The notes below the pieces were generated by a model that saw nothing but the letters and a program-made list of their open reading frames with translations, was not told the DNA's origin and made no database searches. Positions 39,807 through 49,214 of a DNA stretch of 64,000 bases are shown piece by piece. Numbering within the stretch: position 1 is the first letter of the stretch; the number at the start of each line of letters is the position of its first letter. The DNA is from a virus (taxonomy: Duplodnaviria; Caudoviricetes). The translations under genes and the position numbers were made by a program. The stretch lies in IMG/VR virus record IMGVR_UViG_2894640787_000005, positions 1,023 to 65,022 of that record; one strand, 5' to 3'.

Positions 39807-39884
39807 TATCTTTGATGCTTATAGTGTAAGCACTTCTAAACCTCTGCTTGTGCTTACGGTATGAGCACTAGCAGAGGTTTAGAA
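39807..39884 (+). promoter_or_regulatory. -7 promoter element, two TGCTT-N7 boxes and a long hairpin
   Basis: TATCTTTG at 39807; tgctt-atagtgt-aagca at 39816; hairpin 39834-39884 (15 bp + T:T + 5 bp). Confidence 0.6.
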
Positions 39885-39889
39885 GGACA

Positions 39890-40036
39890 ATGGATACAGA
39901 AATCTCACGAGTACCACTGCAATTGGCTATTAAGGATATATGCCCCCTATCGGCTGAGATATTGGCTTTATGGTTCACCGGCAAGAACAGGGAGCTTCGA
40001 GAACACAGCCTGCATCCTCCAATTGACTTTAATTGA
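39890..40036 (+). pseudogene. 48-aa ORF carrying the C-terminal fragment of a homologue of 54206..54811
   Basis: WFTGKNRELREHSLHPP versus LFTGRNKELREHSLHPP; differences mostly at third codon positions. Confidence 0.6.
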
Positions 40037-40084
40037 CACTCTCCTCCCTAAAGAGCCGGGGCTTTCTTGAATTTATCCCGTAAG
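40033..40084 (-). mobile_element. Orphan IS200/IS605 right-end relic
   Basis: Minus strand ...TTCAAGAAAGCCCCGGCTCTTTAGGGAGGAGAGTGTCAA, similar to the tnpB right end at 54849 and to 43299. Confidence 0.7.
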
Positions 40085-40171
40085 CCCGTTTTAAAATTTT
40101 AGGTAGCTAGCAACATCCTTGATCGACGGACATCTAAGCTCGAATAGTTTGTCTCTCATTTTAGCGCTCTC

Positions 40172-40648
40172 TCATTTGCGAGTCAGCTCAAAGCCAATTT
40201 CGCCATTAGAATTGCCAAACTCTAGCCGTATTCGATTGCACTCGTTAAGCACCGTATTGTAGTAACTCGTTGCTGAACCTGCTTTGGTCAGTTGATAAAC
40301 GGCAAAGTATACGTTAGTATCGGTGGGAATAGGAACAGTGGCTGCGGTATTGTAGGTTTTAGCCGTTACTACCCCGCCCACATCAAGCCGATTTTCAAAT
40401 AAGGAGTCTGGGTCAGCGATATTTTTTTGTGCATCAAATGAAACGGTGCCGGTCCTAACCTTATTCTCCCGATTAAACGTCTTGAAATGCCAAGTGCCGA
40501 TAATATTTTTTTCAATGGGCTTCCCAGGGCAATCGGTCGAAATGGGAGATTCTTTAGGGGGCGTTAACGGATGAATTTCTTGCCTACAGGCTAAGATGCC
40601 AACTAGCACACCAACTAGAATAGCAGGGTATCTAAACAGCTTTTCCAT
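40172..40648 (-). CDS. Lipoprotein
   Basis: VGILAC lipobox; IIGTWHF lipocalin-like strand. Confidence 0.8.
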   Translation of the reverse strand: MEKLFRYPAILVGVLVGILACRQEIHPLTPPKESPISTDCPGKPIEKNIIGTWHFKTFNRENKVRTGTVSFDAQKNIADPDSLFENRLDVGGVVTAKTYNTAATVPIPTDTNVYFAVYQLTKAGSATSYYNTVLNECNRIRLEFGNSNGEIGFELTRK

Positions 40649-40787
40649 ATAGATCAGATTTTTAACTGTATAACGACTCGTTCAACTATTCCTTATGTTA
40701 CTTTTTTATTATTTTTTTAATAAATATTTTGTTTTTATTAATATAAAACCAAAATTAGCAACTAGTATCAACTAAATATCTCGCATC

Positions 40788-41366
40788 ATGAAAAAGGTAT
40801 CGCTTTCCCTCGTAGTTTTTTTACTCATAGGCTTCATGCTAAGCTGTCAAGAGAATAAAAAAGATGAAGCCGCTGTCAAGCCTGATAAAAATGGTAGAGC
40901 CAGAAGAGCATGTCCCAATAATTCGATCAACTACGCATTTATTAAACCGGATGATGATTATACCTATAATGGCGATGGTTGTCAGAGTTTCTATGTCCAC
41001 AGAGGGAGTACCCGGCAAATCAAAGTCAAGTTTGCTAATACCACGGGGTCAATCCAATATCAGCAGATGTATATAGTTATGCCCTACAATCCAACTAGCA
41101 TAACCTATTCCGTCGCTTCTGTTACCGGTGGCGCTACCGCTGTTTATACCCCCTATCCAGTCAGTGGTAATGGCTCTTCTATTTTATGGTACATAAATGA
41201 TGCATCGCCCTATACAACTTATGAATTAATACTTAATGTCACTGGAGTTACGGGAGGGCCTGCCGCTGAAAATGGGCTACATCTGGTTCCAATTTATCCC
41301 TGTACACCGACAGCAGACACAGATTGTGACGCCGATGAAAATATGCACCTAATATTGACAAATTAG
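40788..41366 (+). CDS. Lipoprotein with Ig/DUF11-like domain
   Basis: GFMLSC lipobox; beta-rich C-terminal half. Confidence 0.75.
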   Translation: MKKVSLSLVVFLLIGFMLSCQENKKDEAAVKPDKNGRARRACPNNSINYAFIKPDDDYTYNGDGCQSFYVHRGSTRQIKVKFANTTGSIQYQQMYIVMPYNPTSITYSVASVTGGATAVYTPYPVSGNGSSILWYINDASPYTTYELILNVTGVTGGPAAENGLHLVPIYPCTPTADTDCDADENMHLILTN

Positions 41367-41468
41367 GCTTTATTAAGGTGATTAGTTGTTTTATTCTCAA
41401 AACAGAAAGACCGCTTTAAAGGCGGTTTTTTTGTTGCTACAGGTGGTTTCCAAAGGACAAATCTGCTA

Positions 41469-41795
41469 CTATTGTGAGTTTAGGTAACGACCCGTTTCTA
41501 TCCAATAGATTACTTCTTGCTGAGTTTGAAAGCTAGGCCGCAAAATGTCGGGACGAGGGGCCGTTTGATGAAAGGGTAAAAGGGAAAAGATAACTTGGTA
41601 CGCTTGTTCATAATTAGGTGCATGAATTACTTCTATCTCCGCACTGGGAACGCGTGAACGGGGCTCTCGCAAGAGCATAAATAAACTACCCTGAGTTTGC
41701 CCATTAACTTTGTGAAGCAAGTAGGTAAGCAGCACGGGGTTATTCAGATTCCCCTTTGCCCAATTATAGACTTCAGATAACGGATGGTTAGTCAT
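41469..41795 (-). CDS. Hypothetical protein
   Basis: 108-aa ATG ORF, followed by a convergent terminator at about 41402-41433. Confidence 0.55.
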   Translation of the reverse strand: MTNHPLSEVYNWAKGNLNNPVLLTYLLHKVNGQTQGSLFMLLREPRSRVPSAEIEVIHAPNYEQAYQVIFSLLPFHQTAPRPDILRPSFQTQQEVIYWIETGRYLNSQ

Positions 41796-42284
41796 AGAGC
41801 TTCAGGCATCGACTTCGTGGATGATAACGACTTTAGTAGGGCCAGTAAGAGCTAAGAATGACAGGATCAATTAAAGAACATACTCCCCGGTTAGCCAGGC
41901 AGGGACTTACTTTGTTACCCATTTCTGATTTCTCAATCCTTTAGGGCGAACCGCACAATCTACAATATATTTAGAAGCCAAAAAATGGCTAAATATAACG
42001 ATGGGAGCTGACGGGATACTCCCAAACGGCCCTATGTTGTAGCAAAATAATGGCCGTTTGTTTGAAGAAAGGTCATTATACTATTTCGTCTTTTCTTCTT
42101 AAAGTGCGAAAGTAACTATTCATTTGACCTCTCTCCTTCCCTGAAAGTTAACCTTTGGGCATTTCCCAATAACTAAATTTTCATATTTCCTTGAAGAGTG
42201 CGAATATAGGATCACGTTGCCGGATCTTACCGCAAAAGCTACTTCCCTGCTGATAAGTTTACGTTTGAAGAGGTCGCTAGTTGC

Positions 42285-42325
42285 TAAACTGCTTGCAATC
42301 TAAGTACTCCATAACTAAAAGTAAT
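42285..42325 (+). repeat. Copy 3 of the 41-bp bipartite site
   Basis: taaactgcttgcaatctaagtactccataactaaaagtaat, 38/41 to 25658-25698. Confidence 0.9.
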
Positions 42326-43298
42326 GATAGTTATAATGGGAGGCTATAGGAATTAATAAAGGCTGCTGAGGGGGCGGGCTTTTCTCACCTACAAAATCCT
42401 GTTGTTGACCATCCACATGGGGTCATTCACAACATTTTCTTCAACTAGTAACCGAACCTATGTTACTTTTGGCTACTTGTTCACAGGCAACTTTCTCTTT
42501 TTAACCTCAAAGCCCCTGGCCAGCTATGGCAGGGGCTTTTCCATTGTCTCAGTTTCTGCAACAAATTATGCCTTCAGTGAGTAATAGAGGCCAGTGATAA
42601 TTTAACAATCAGGTCAAACACCCGTCATCTGCTTAGAGGGCGGTTGTTTCGTTATCTAGCACCCTTATTTACAGGTAACTTTTCTCCTAAAACGTGTTCT
42701 ATACTTAGAAGTGATTGACTTTTTGTCAAGTATTGGTTTCTACAGCCTGTGCCTACTGGGTACGGGCTGTTTTCGGATCAAAAAAATGCCGATTCAATCC
42801 AAGTCGGCATTTTGTATTTTTATCCAATCCCACACATGGGCTATTCATTATTGGGTATCCAAGTCGGCTGTCAGTGTGTTTATACTAGTTGACAAAAAAA
42901 CGCTAGCTCCAATCGGAACCAGCGTTTCCGTTTCTATCTACATTATTAACCTTCCTAAGGGAGACTAATTTGACCTTGTAACTTACACAATGCCAGAGTA
43001 AACACTATTAATATACTATTAAAAAATATCGACTTAGCGAGCTTGACGCTTGCTATAGCTAACAAAGCTTGATGTTACCGAATAATAAATAAATTAACTT
43101 ATTATCTAAACAGTAACTTAACGTGTTGATTGCTTGAGAAGGCAAGCTCTTATGGGTTAGACAAAAATGCTAGCGCTACTGAGAGTGCTAGCATTTTTTT
43201 TACGCAATCCCACAAATTTTCTCCTCTTTCATTAGCGGAAGCCAAAGTAGTACGACGCTACTTAACAGCGCCTGCCACCCGCGAGCGCAACGTACTGC

Positions 43299-43374
43299 TT
43301 GACACTCCGGCTTAAAGACCGGAGCTTTCTTGAATCTATCCCGTAAATGTTCGTAGGCTTTGGGTTATGCCCTA
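43299..43374 (-). mobile_element. Orphan IS200/IS605 right-end / omegaRNA 3' relic
   Basis: Minus strand TAGGGCATA...AGCC...TTCAAGAAAGCTCCGGTCTTTAAGCCGGAGTGTCAA; TAGGGCATA and GTGTCAA also occur in the tnpB 3' region. Confidence 0.72.
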
Positions 43375-43554
43375 TTTTTCGCGAATAGGTGGAACAAAAA
43401 AATGCTAACTCTAAAAGAATCAGCATTTCTATACATAATTAAACGATATCCCTCTATGAACAGCCAACGAAGCTCGGCACGTTGTCATTTCACTTGTTAG
43501 CTTGCTTTTATAACCACTAACCAATCAAAAGGTTGTCATTTCACCTATTAGTAT

Positions 43555-43959
43555 TCAGCTCAACTCCCAATTCTCACGTAAGGCCTGCACCATTTCTCGC
43601 AATTGCTCGTAAGTGAGCGGCTTGGTCAAAAAATAATTCGCTCCCAACAACATACAACGCTGAATGTCATTTGCCTCCGAGGAGGTAGTTAGCATGACGA
43701 CCGGCAGATCAGCATAAGCCGCTACCTTGCGTAACTCTTGCAGCGTCTCAAAGCCGTCTTTTCGGGGCATGTTGATATCCAACAAAATGAGTAGTGGCAG
43801 TTCATCGCATTCAGATAGCTTAGAAAGTAGCTCTTCTCCATCGCTGAGAGAAAGGACATGAATAGGGGGTGATTCTTCCTGGAAAGCAGCGCGAATAAAC
43901 TGCTGATCGTCTTCATCGTCGTCAACGACCCAGACGGTAGGCGCTATAAGAGATGGCAT
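43555..43959 (-). CDS. Single-domain response regulator (receiver)
   Basis: VVDDDEDD, LLDINMP, MLTTS, LTKP. Confidence 0.93.
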   Translation of the reverse strand: MPSLIAPTVWVVDDDEDDQQFIRAAFQEESPPIHVLSLSDGEELLSKLSECDELPLLILLDINMPRKDGFETLQELRKVAAYADLPVVMLTTSSEANDIQRCMLLGANYFLTKPLTYEQLREMVQALRENWELS

Positions 43960-44173
43960 GGAATGAAGTGTTAAGTTACGGATAATGGCAATGTTACCAA
44001 TTATTCAACGGGGGAACAAGTACTGACTTAGTGGTTGGGTAGCGTTAAACGCCATTATAGGAGTTAAAAACTTATTAAGATTAAAGTTGTTACTAACTCA
44101 TTGTCAATCACTGCTTGCGTATTTAACGGTAAAAACGAACCCTATATTTTGCTAATTTCTCTACCCAGAACGG

Positions 44174-44581
44174 ATGAAGTATACTATTTTAGTGGTCGAT
44201 GACGACGACGATGATTTTATAATATTATCCACTGTAATTAAGGAATGCCACTCAGATGTCACCCTGGTGTACGCCCAAAACGGGCAGCAAGCGACCCAAA
44301 AGCTAATCGACGGCCTAAACCCTCACTTAATTCTGGTTGATGTACAGATGCCGCTGATGGATGGCTACGAGTTAGTCACTTGGTTAATGAACTCCGAAGC
44401 CTGGCGACACATACCGGTCGTGATTTGGACAGGTGAAATTTCGGAAAGTGAAGTAACCCGCTATTATCGGGCAGGGGCTAATTCACTCATGTTGAAGCAG
44501 ACAGCTTTACAGGATATAGAGGCTTTCTGTAAGTACTGGTTGAAGCTGGTTCAATTACCCCAACTTGTTTGGCAAAGCTAA
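44174..44581 (+). CDS. Single-domain response regulator (receiver)
   Basis: VVDDDDDD, LVDVQMP, GANSLMLK. Confidence 0.92.
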   Translation: MKYTILVVDDDDDDFIILSTVIKECHSDVTLVYAQNGQQATQKLIDGLNPHLILVDVQMPLMDGYELVTWLMNSEAWRHIPVVIWTGEISESEVTRYYRAGANSLMLKQTALQDIEAFCKYWLKLVQLPQLVWQS

Positions 44582-44993
44582 TCCAGTATAGGACTTACGT
44601 GGTAGCCCCGTCAGGACCGGATCGGACTGTTTCAGTCTATAAAAAAACTGACCTCAAAAAGGCCAGTTTTTTTATCTCTCCTGTAATATGTGTTTTAACC
44701 ACAAACCTATTCACGCAATGGAATAACAATTTATGTAAATACTGTCATTCTAGACAACTTATTTATTAGTCGGCTAGTCACAAAAAAAGCAGGTCCAAAG
44801 CTTGGGCCTGCTTTCACTTTTATCCACACCATAAGGGGGGCAAAGCCCCACTAAAGTATATCAAATTTATAAAGGATGGCTTAAAATAAAGCCCCTTTCC
44901 CTCATATTGTCCTTTTTCAGGTTACTTTCTTTTTTTTAACTCTTCTAATTTTATACACATCAACTCTCCCTGTGCCCTCCCCAATTCCTCATG

Positions 44994-45242
44994 TTATAAT
45001 TTATTTTGAGCCATTAACTTGCGCACGACCTCATCAAAATTCTCCTCGTCCAAATCAATCTCCTTAACTGAGGAACGACCGCCGGACTTTCCCTCCTCCT
45101 CTTTTTCCTCTTCTTCATAACTCGGCGCATCAATCAGCATTCGCTCTACAATACCCCATCGAACGCCCCAGAGTAAGTATTCCCATGTCCAATGAAAATG
45201 GGCACAGATAGAGCCTCTGGATCCATACAGGCTTTTTAGTCC
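44994..45242 (-). CDS. Tail assembly chaperone extension (gpT-like), -1 frame relative to 45236..45748 (not in ORF track)
   Basis: Hand translation GLKSLYGSRGSICAHFHWTWEYLLWGVRWGIVERMLIDAPSY...KLMAQNKL*; no own start codon at its 5' end; frame open upstream through GGAAAAA. Confidence 0.8.
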   Translation of the reverse strand, partial: GLKSLYGSRGSICAHFHWTWEYLLWGVRWGIVERMLIDAPSYEEEEKEEEGKSGGRSSVKEIDLDEENFDEVVRKLMAQNKL

Positions 45243-45748
45243 TCGCTGTTTTCGTCGTCGCTTTCCTGGTTCTCCGGTTTTTCCTCTACCAGCGCCGGAG
45301 CCGTTGTCCTTGTCACCTGGAGGTATCTGATAGAGTTGGTAAAATCCCCCAGATTCATCATCTGGTTAATAATTAGGGTCAGCTGCCAGAGTTTATTGGG
45401 GGTTACTCGCCAGAGTAAATAGTTCGCTAGAAATGGAGTCAGGAACTTGATCGGCCACTTTCGATTCAGGATGGCAATGGCCACAACCCTTGCACACCGT
45501 TTCGCGTTCTGACTGGCCAATCGCTTGCTTTCTCCGAACGGATCCGCGTCAATGGCGGCTTCCGAGAAGCCCATGTCGAAGAACTCAGCACCTAACCGGT
45601 CAATCGTTCCCAGGAAAAAGGGCTTAATCGTGAACCTACGTTCTTCACTACCCCAAAAGCGCAAAAGACTCTGTTTTGGGGTAGTGAAGAACGCGCCTTT
45701 TTCGATCAGCGCATTGAGTTCGGCTTGTTCAGCTAGTAGGTTATCCAC
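45236..45748 (-). CDS. Tail assembly chaperone (gpG-like)
   Basis: Position downstream of tail tube; FTIKPFFLGTIDRL...LWQLTLII.QMMNLGDFTNSIR pattern of Bacteroidota phages. Confidence 0.75.
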   Translation of the reverse strand: MDNLLAEQAELNALIEKGAFFTTPKQSLLRFWGSEERRFTIKPFFLGTIDRLGAEFFDMGFSEAAIDADPFGESKRLASQNAKRCARVVAIAILNRKWPIKFLTPFLANYLLWRVTPNKLWQLTLIINQMMNLGDFTNSIRYLQVTRTTAPALVEEKPENQESDDENSED

Positions 45749-45828
45749 TTTATTATAGTACCTTACTTACTTTATAGAAATTATCTTCTAGTCCAGAATC
45801 CCGACCGGCGGTTGCTGATCGGGATTTT

Positions 45829-46740
45829 TTAGGGAATGGTCGTCGGATCAGTCGGCGTAGTATCGCCAAAATACTGCCCCCCACTGGCCAGATCAGCCTG
45901 ATACTGGGCGTAAAAAGCCGCATCGGCATCAGCGTACGTTCTACCCGAAACGGTCAGATCCTCGACATAGAGCTTATAGAGAATATTGCTGTCGGATTGC
46001 AGAAAGGTCGTAAACTGAGTCAATATTGATCCGCCTGCCGTGCCCGTAAAGGCGCTTACACCCATCGTTACAATATGATCGCCTACTAGAAAATAATTCC
46101 CAGGGCCGTCTGATCGCACCCCTAGCCGGTTAGCGACACCAATGACTGAGTAGGGCCGAACATTCGATTTCTGCATTAAAAACAGAAAGTTGGCCGTGGG
46201 CGAGGAGTTGCTGCCAAACTGAAGTCTTGTGTAATCCGTAGCGGTTCCGACGCGGGTTACTTTGTACTGATAGCCGAAAAAATACGAGTGGGATAAATTG
46301 GCCAGGATATAGGCATTGATCGCTGTAGGTAAGGCAATTGTGGCTCCCGTCGTGGTTGTACCCGATTGCGATACGATGAAATGCAATCCCCGTTTGGGCG
46401 TAAACTCGATCTTTCCGTTGGTACCGATGGTCAATCCATAGGTCAGAATCGGGGAAAGGCTTGTCTGATCGCCAGAACCCAAAATCCCCTGCGCTACTTT
46501 CCAGGCCAGGTTGGGCAAAACCATACCTGAACTGATGGTCGTAGGCTGCGTAACTTCTTTATTGGCAAAATTGATATAGCAGAGTGTGCCCTTGGTGATG
46601 AGCTGATCCGCGTAGACAATCTTGATGGTGTTGTCAGTCACCTCGGTCGAGGTGACCATCTTTTGCCCAAATGAGACAGTCAGGGCAAGAAAAAAGGATA
46701 AAATAGTACTTAAAATCTTCATCGGTTTTCTAGTTTTCAA
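45829..46740 (-). CDS. Secreted hypothetical protein
   Basis: Signal peptide-like N-terminus (ILSFFLALTVSFGQ); 303 aa. Confidence 0.75.
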   Translation of the reverse strand: MKTRKPMKILSTILSFFLALTVSFGQKMVTSTEVTDNTIKIVYADQLITKGTLCYINFANKEVTQPTTISSGMVLPNLAWKVAQGILGSGDQTSLSPILTYGLTIGTNGKIEFTPKRGLHFIVSQSGTTTTGATIALPTAINAYILANLSHSYFFGYQYKVTRVGTATDYTRLQFGSNSSPTANFLFLMQKSNVRPYSVIGVANRLGVRSDGPGNYFLVGDHIVTMGVSAFTGTAGGSILTQFTTFLQSDSNILYKLYVEDLTVSGRTYADADAAFYAQYQADLASGGQYFGDTTPTDPTTIP

Positions 46741-46746
46741 AAAGGA

Positions 46747-49140
46747 TTATTGGACAACGGGGATAAGACTGACAACCCGCGTAGCGAATACTTCGTAGGC
46801 GGCCTGCACCAAATGGAATACGTCATTATCGACGCCATTGGCCTGCTTGAGGTACCAATTGTTAGCCGCCATTTCCGTGGCTGTCGTCAGGTTGGTCAAA
46901 TCGACCACACTGGTATTTTTTCTCGAAGCCAGCGAGGAACAGACTTTTCGGTATGAAATCAGTTTGGCGGCATCGGGATCGGAAACCGGATGCGAAGGCA
47001 TGAGCAGAAAATACAATTCGGACTTATCCCAGCCTGCGTATTCATACACATCCTCAGCGCGTTTAATAATGGCCTCCATATTGTCGATGTAGGCGTTTGC
47101 GCTGGTTGGCGACATATCGGCCCGCCAACCTAACGAGGGCGATTGATCTTCATTCTGATCGTTCAGGCCTGAATTGACATAGACGACGATAATGGGCTTT
47201 AGATTCTGGCTCAGCTGGAGCCGACGCGCTTCGGCGAAATAGTTTTTTAATTTCTGAGCGGAATACGCATTCAACTGCGTACCCATATCCCAAAGCGATT
47301 GACCACCCACTCCGTAGAGCGTATGGACGCTTACCCCTGTCTTTTTGGAGGTATCTTCCAGGCGGCAAAAGAAACCCTGCCACGGGCCGGTAATCGGCGT
47401 ACTTGAGGGCAATGTCCATTTGGCTTCCAGGGCAAGACCCGTTCGACCTGAGTTGGCCGCCAGATCTGTATAGCCCAGTTGATACGTTTCGGCTCCTGTA
47501 TTGGTATTAATAACCGCACCCGACCCAAACGTGGTATAGGGCGTAGTGCCCTGCCGAAATCCCACTCGAAACGAGCCTGATCCGGTTGTAAACGTGCCAT
47601 AGGCGTACCAAAAACGGAGTGCACTGGCGACATTAAAGGTGGTGGCTCCTGCCGCAACACTAACGCCATTGAACTGGCTGTTATAGGTAACCCCGTCAGC
47701 TATTTGACTGTAGGGCTCAGAAGCCAGGTCGTAATTTTCCAGCGACGTCAGGCCACCGCCAGCCGTGCCAAAATTACCTGTTCCGCCAAACTCAGCCCCC
47801 TGAATCATATTCCCGCGCGGGCCGTAAATGGCTGATGCGTAGAGGCCAAACCGATTTCCCAGGGCGTAGTTAAACCCGTGATCCCAGCCTGTGCCGTCCT
47901 TAAGCTGGTTACTGTCCCCAATCATTAAGAAATCAATGCGTCGTTTGGCGGCCAGGGCCAGGGCATCCAGTGCCGTAGTGGGCCTACCTGCATTGGTAAT
48001 CGCTGACTGTGCGTCAGTGGCGAGTCGATCCAGACCAATGGATGAAGCTTTCAGTGCAGTACCCGCAATGGAGTTGTCCAGGTACTTACCCACTTCGAAA
48101 CTGCCGTCCAGTCTAATCCCCCACCCAAGGCGACCTTTGGGGTCAGTGAGTGCTCCCCGGTATCCACTCGCCGGATCGAGCGTCTGCCACATCAGTGCCG
48201 TTACATCGGTGCCAACCTGAGCGAGGCCCACTGAACTGGGTTTAAGCGCTGAACCCGCAATGGAACTGGTTTGGTACTTGCCCGCTTCAAAACTGCCATC
48301 CAGGGTAATACCCCAGAGTAATCTTCCTTTTGGATCAAGTAGTTTACTACTATACCCGCTGGCTGGATCGTTTTGCTGCCAGAGTAAACTCTTCGTATCG
48401 GTATCAAGCTTAACCTGTGTAATCGTTCCATCCCCAACGGTAGCTGCCTGCGCAACCCGTACCCAGTTCCCAGCTTGGGTAGCTACGATATAATCACCAT
48501 TGAAATAGGTAATCGCACTGCCGGAAAGCACAGTCGAGCTAACCCCAGCCGTTGCGGTGGTCGAAACTACATAGGCACTACTCGCACTCAGACTGGTTGT
48601 TGTCGACAGAACGGGGGTATTGGTTGAGGGGCTCCAGGTACCTTGCAGATTGTATTGGACAACGGTTGGGTTCGCCTTTATGGTAGCGATATCAGTGCTG
48701 TTCTGAGCAATCGATGACGAGGCCGTTCCAATCTGATTTTGAAGCCCATTGACTGCCGTTTTTACCACGACGGAGGCAATTGGATTCGAGCTATTTGTCA
48801 GCGTCGTATCGACCGTGACCGTTGTGGCTGGAATACTGGTCGTATAGGCGGCAATGGCCGCATCGACCGAAACGGTGCTATAGGGAACCCCGGATTTATT
48901 TAGGAGTTGTTTGAACGGGTAATATTCCGTGGCTTTGCCAATGGTTACCGCGATTAGCTTGGTGCCAAAGGGATAAATGGAAATATCGCCCACAAAATCA
49001 CCCTTGACCGTACCCAGTGAATCCGCCTGAAACAAATGACCATTCTGCCAGTAAAAGCGCATGGCATGGGGCTGAATGGTTGTCTGGGCCTGACCAAAAA
49101 ACCAAACCAACAAAAGGGGTAACAGGAGTAACTTTTTCAT
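46747..49140 (-). CDS. Secreted protein with internal duplication and C-terminal SGNH/GDSL esterase
   Basis: Signal peptide; two roughly 55-aa repeats (LxWQxxDPASGY...DPKGRLxWGIxLDGSFExGKY); MIGDSN, SGLND and DVFH blocks. Confidence 0.78.
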   Translation of the reverse strand: MKKLLLLPLLLVWFFGQAQTTIQPHAMRFYWQNGHLFQADSLGTVKGDFVGDISIYPFGTKLIAVTIGKATEYYPFKQLLNKSGVPYSTVSVDAAIAAYTTSIPATTVTVDTTLTNSSNPIASVVVKTAVNGLQNQIGTASSSIAQNSTDIATIKANPTVVQYNLQGTWSPSTNTPVLSTTTSLSASSAYVVSTTATAGVSSTVLSGSAITYFNGDYIVATQAGNWVRVAQAATVGDGTITQVKLDTDTKSLLWQQNDPASGYSSKLLDPKGRLLWGITLDGSFEAGKYQTSSIAGSALKPSSVGLAQVGTDVTALMWQTLDPASGYRGALTDPKGRLGWGIRLDGSFEVGKYLDNSIAGTALKASSIGLDRLATDAQSAITNAGRPTTALDALALAAKRRIDFLMIGDSNQLKDGTGWDHGFNYALGNRFGLYASAIYGPRGNMIQGAEFGGTGNFGTAGGGLTSLENYDLASEPYSQIADGVTYNSQFNGVSVAAGATTFNVASALRFWYAYGTFTTGSGSFRVGFRQGTTPYTTFGSGAVINTNTGAETYQLGYTDLAANSGRTGLALEAKWTLPSSTPITGPWQGFFCRLEDTSKKTGVSVHTLYGVGGQSLWDMGTQLNAYSAQKLKNYFAEARRLQLSQNLKPIIVVYVNSGLNDQNEDQSPSLGWRADMSPTSANAYIDNMEAIIKRAEDVYEYAGWDKSELYFLLMPSHPVSDPDAAKLISYRKVCSSLASRKNTSVVDLTNLTTATEMAANNWYLKQANGVDNDVFHLVQAAYEVFATRVVSLIPVVQ

Positions 49141-49214
49141 GTGGCTTACCTGATAGAAAAACAGGCATTCGCCTAGACAGTAAGTCCGCCCGAATGCCTG
49201 TTAGTGGAATTGGC

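Noticed and set aside
42797-43550. Possible mini-CRISPR array from short direct repeats
   Set aside because: Only two copies each of 12-20 bp repeats, two unrelated repeat sequences, and no cas genes in the window
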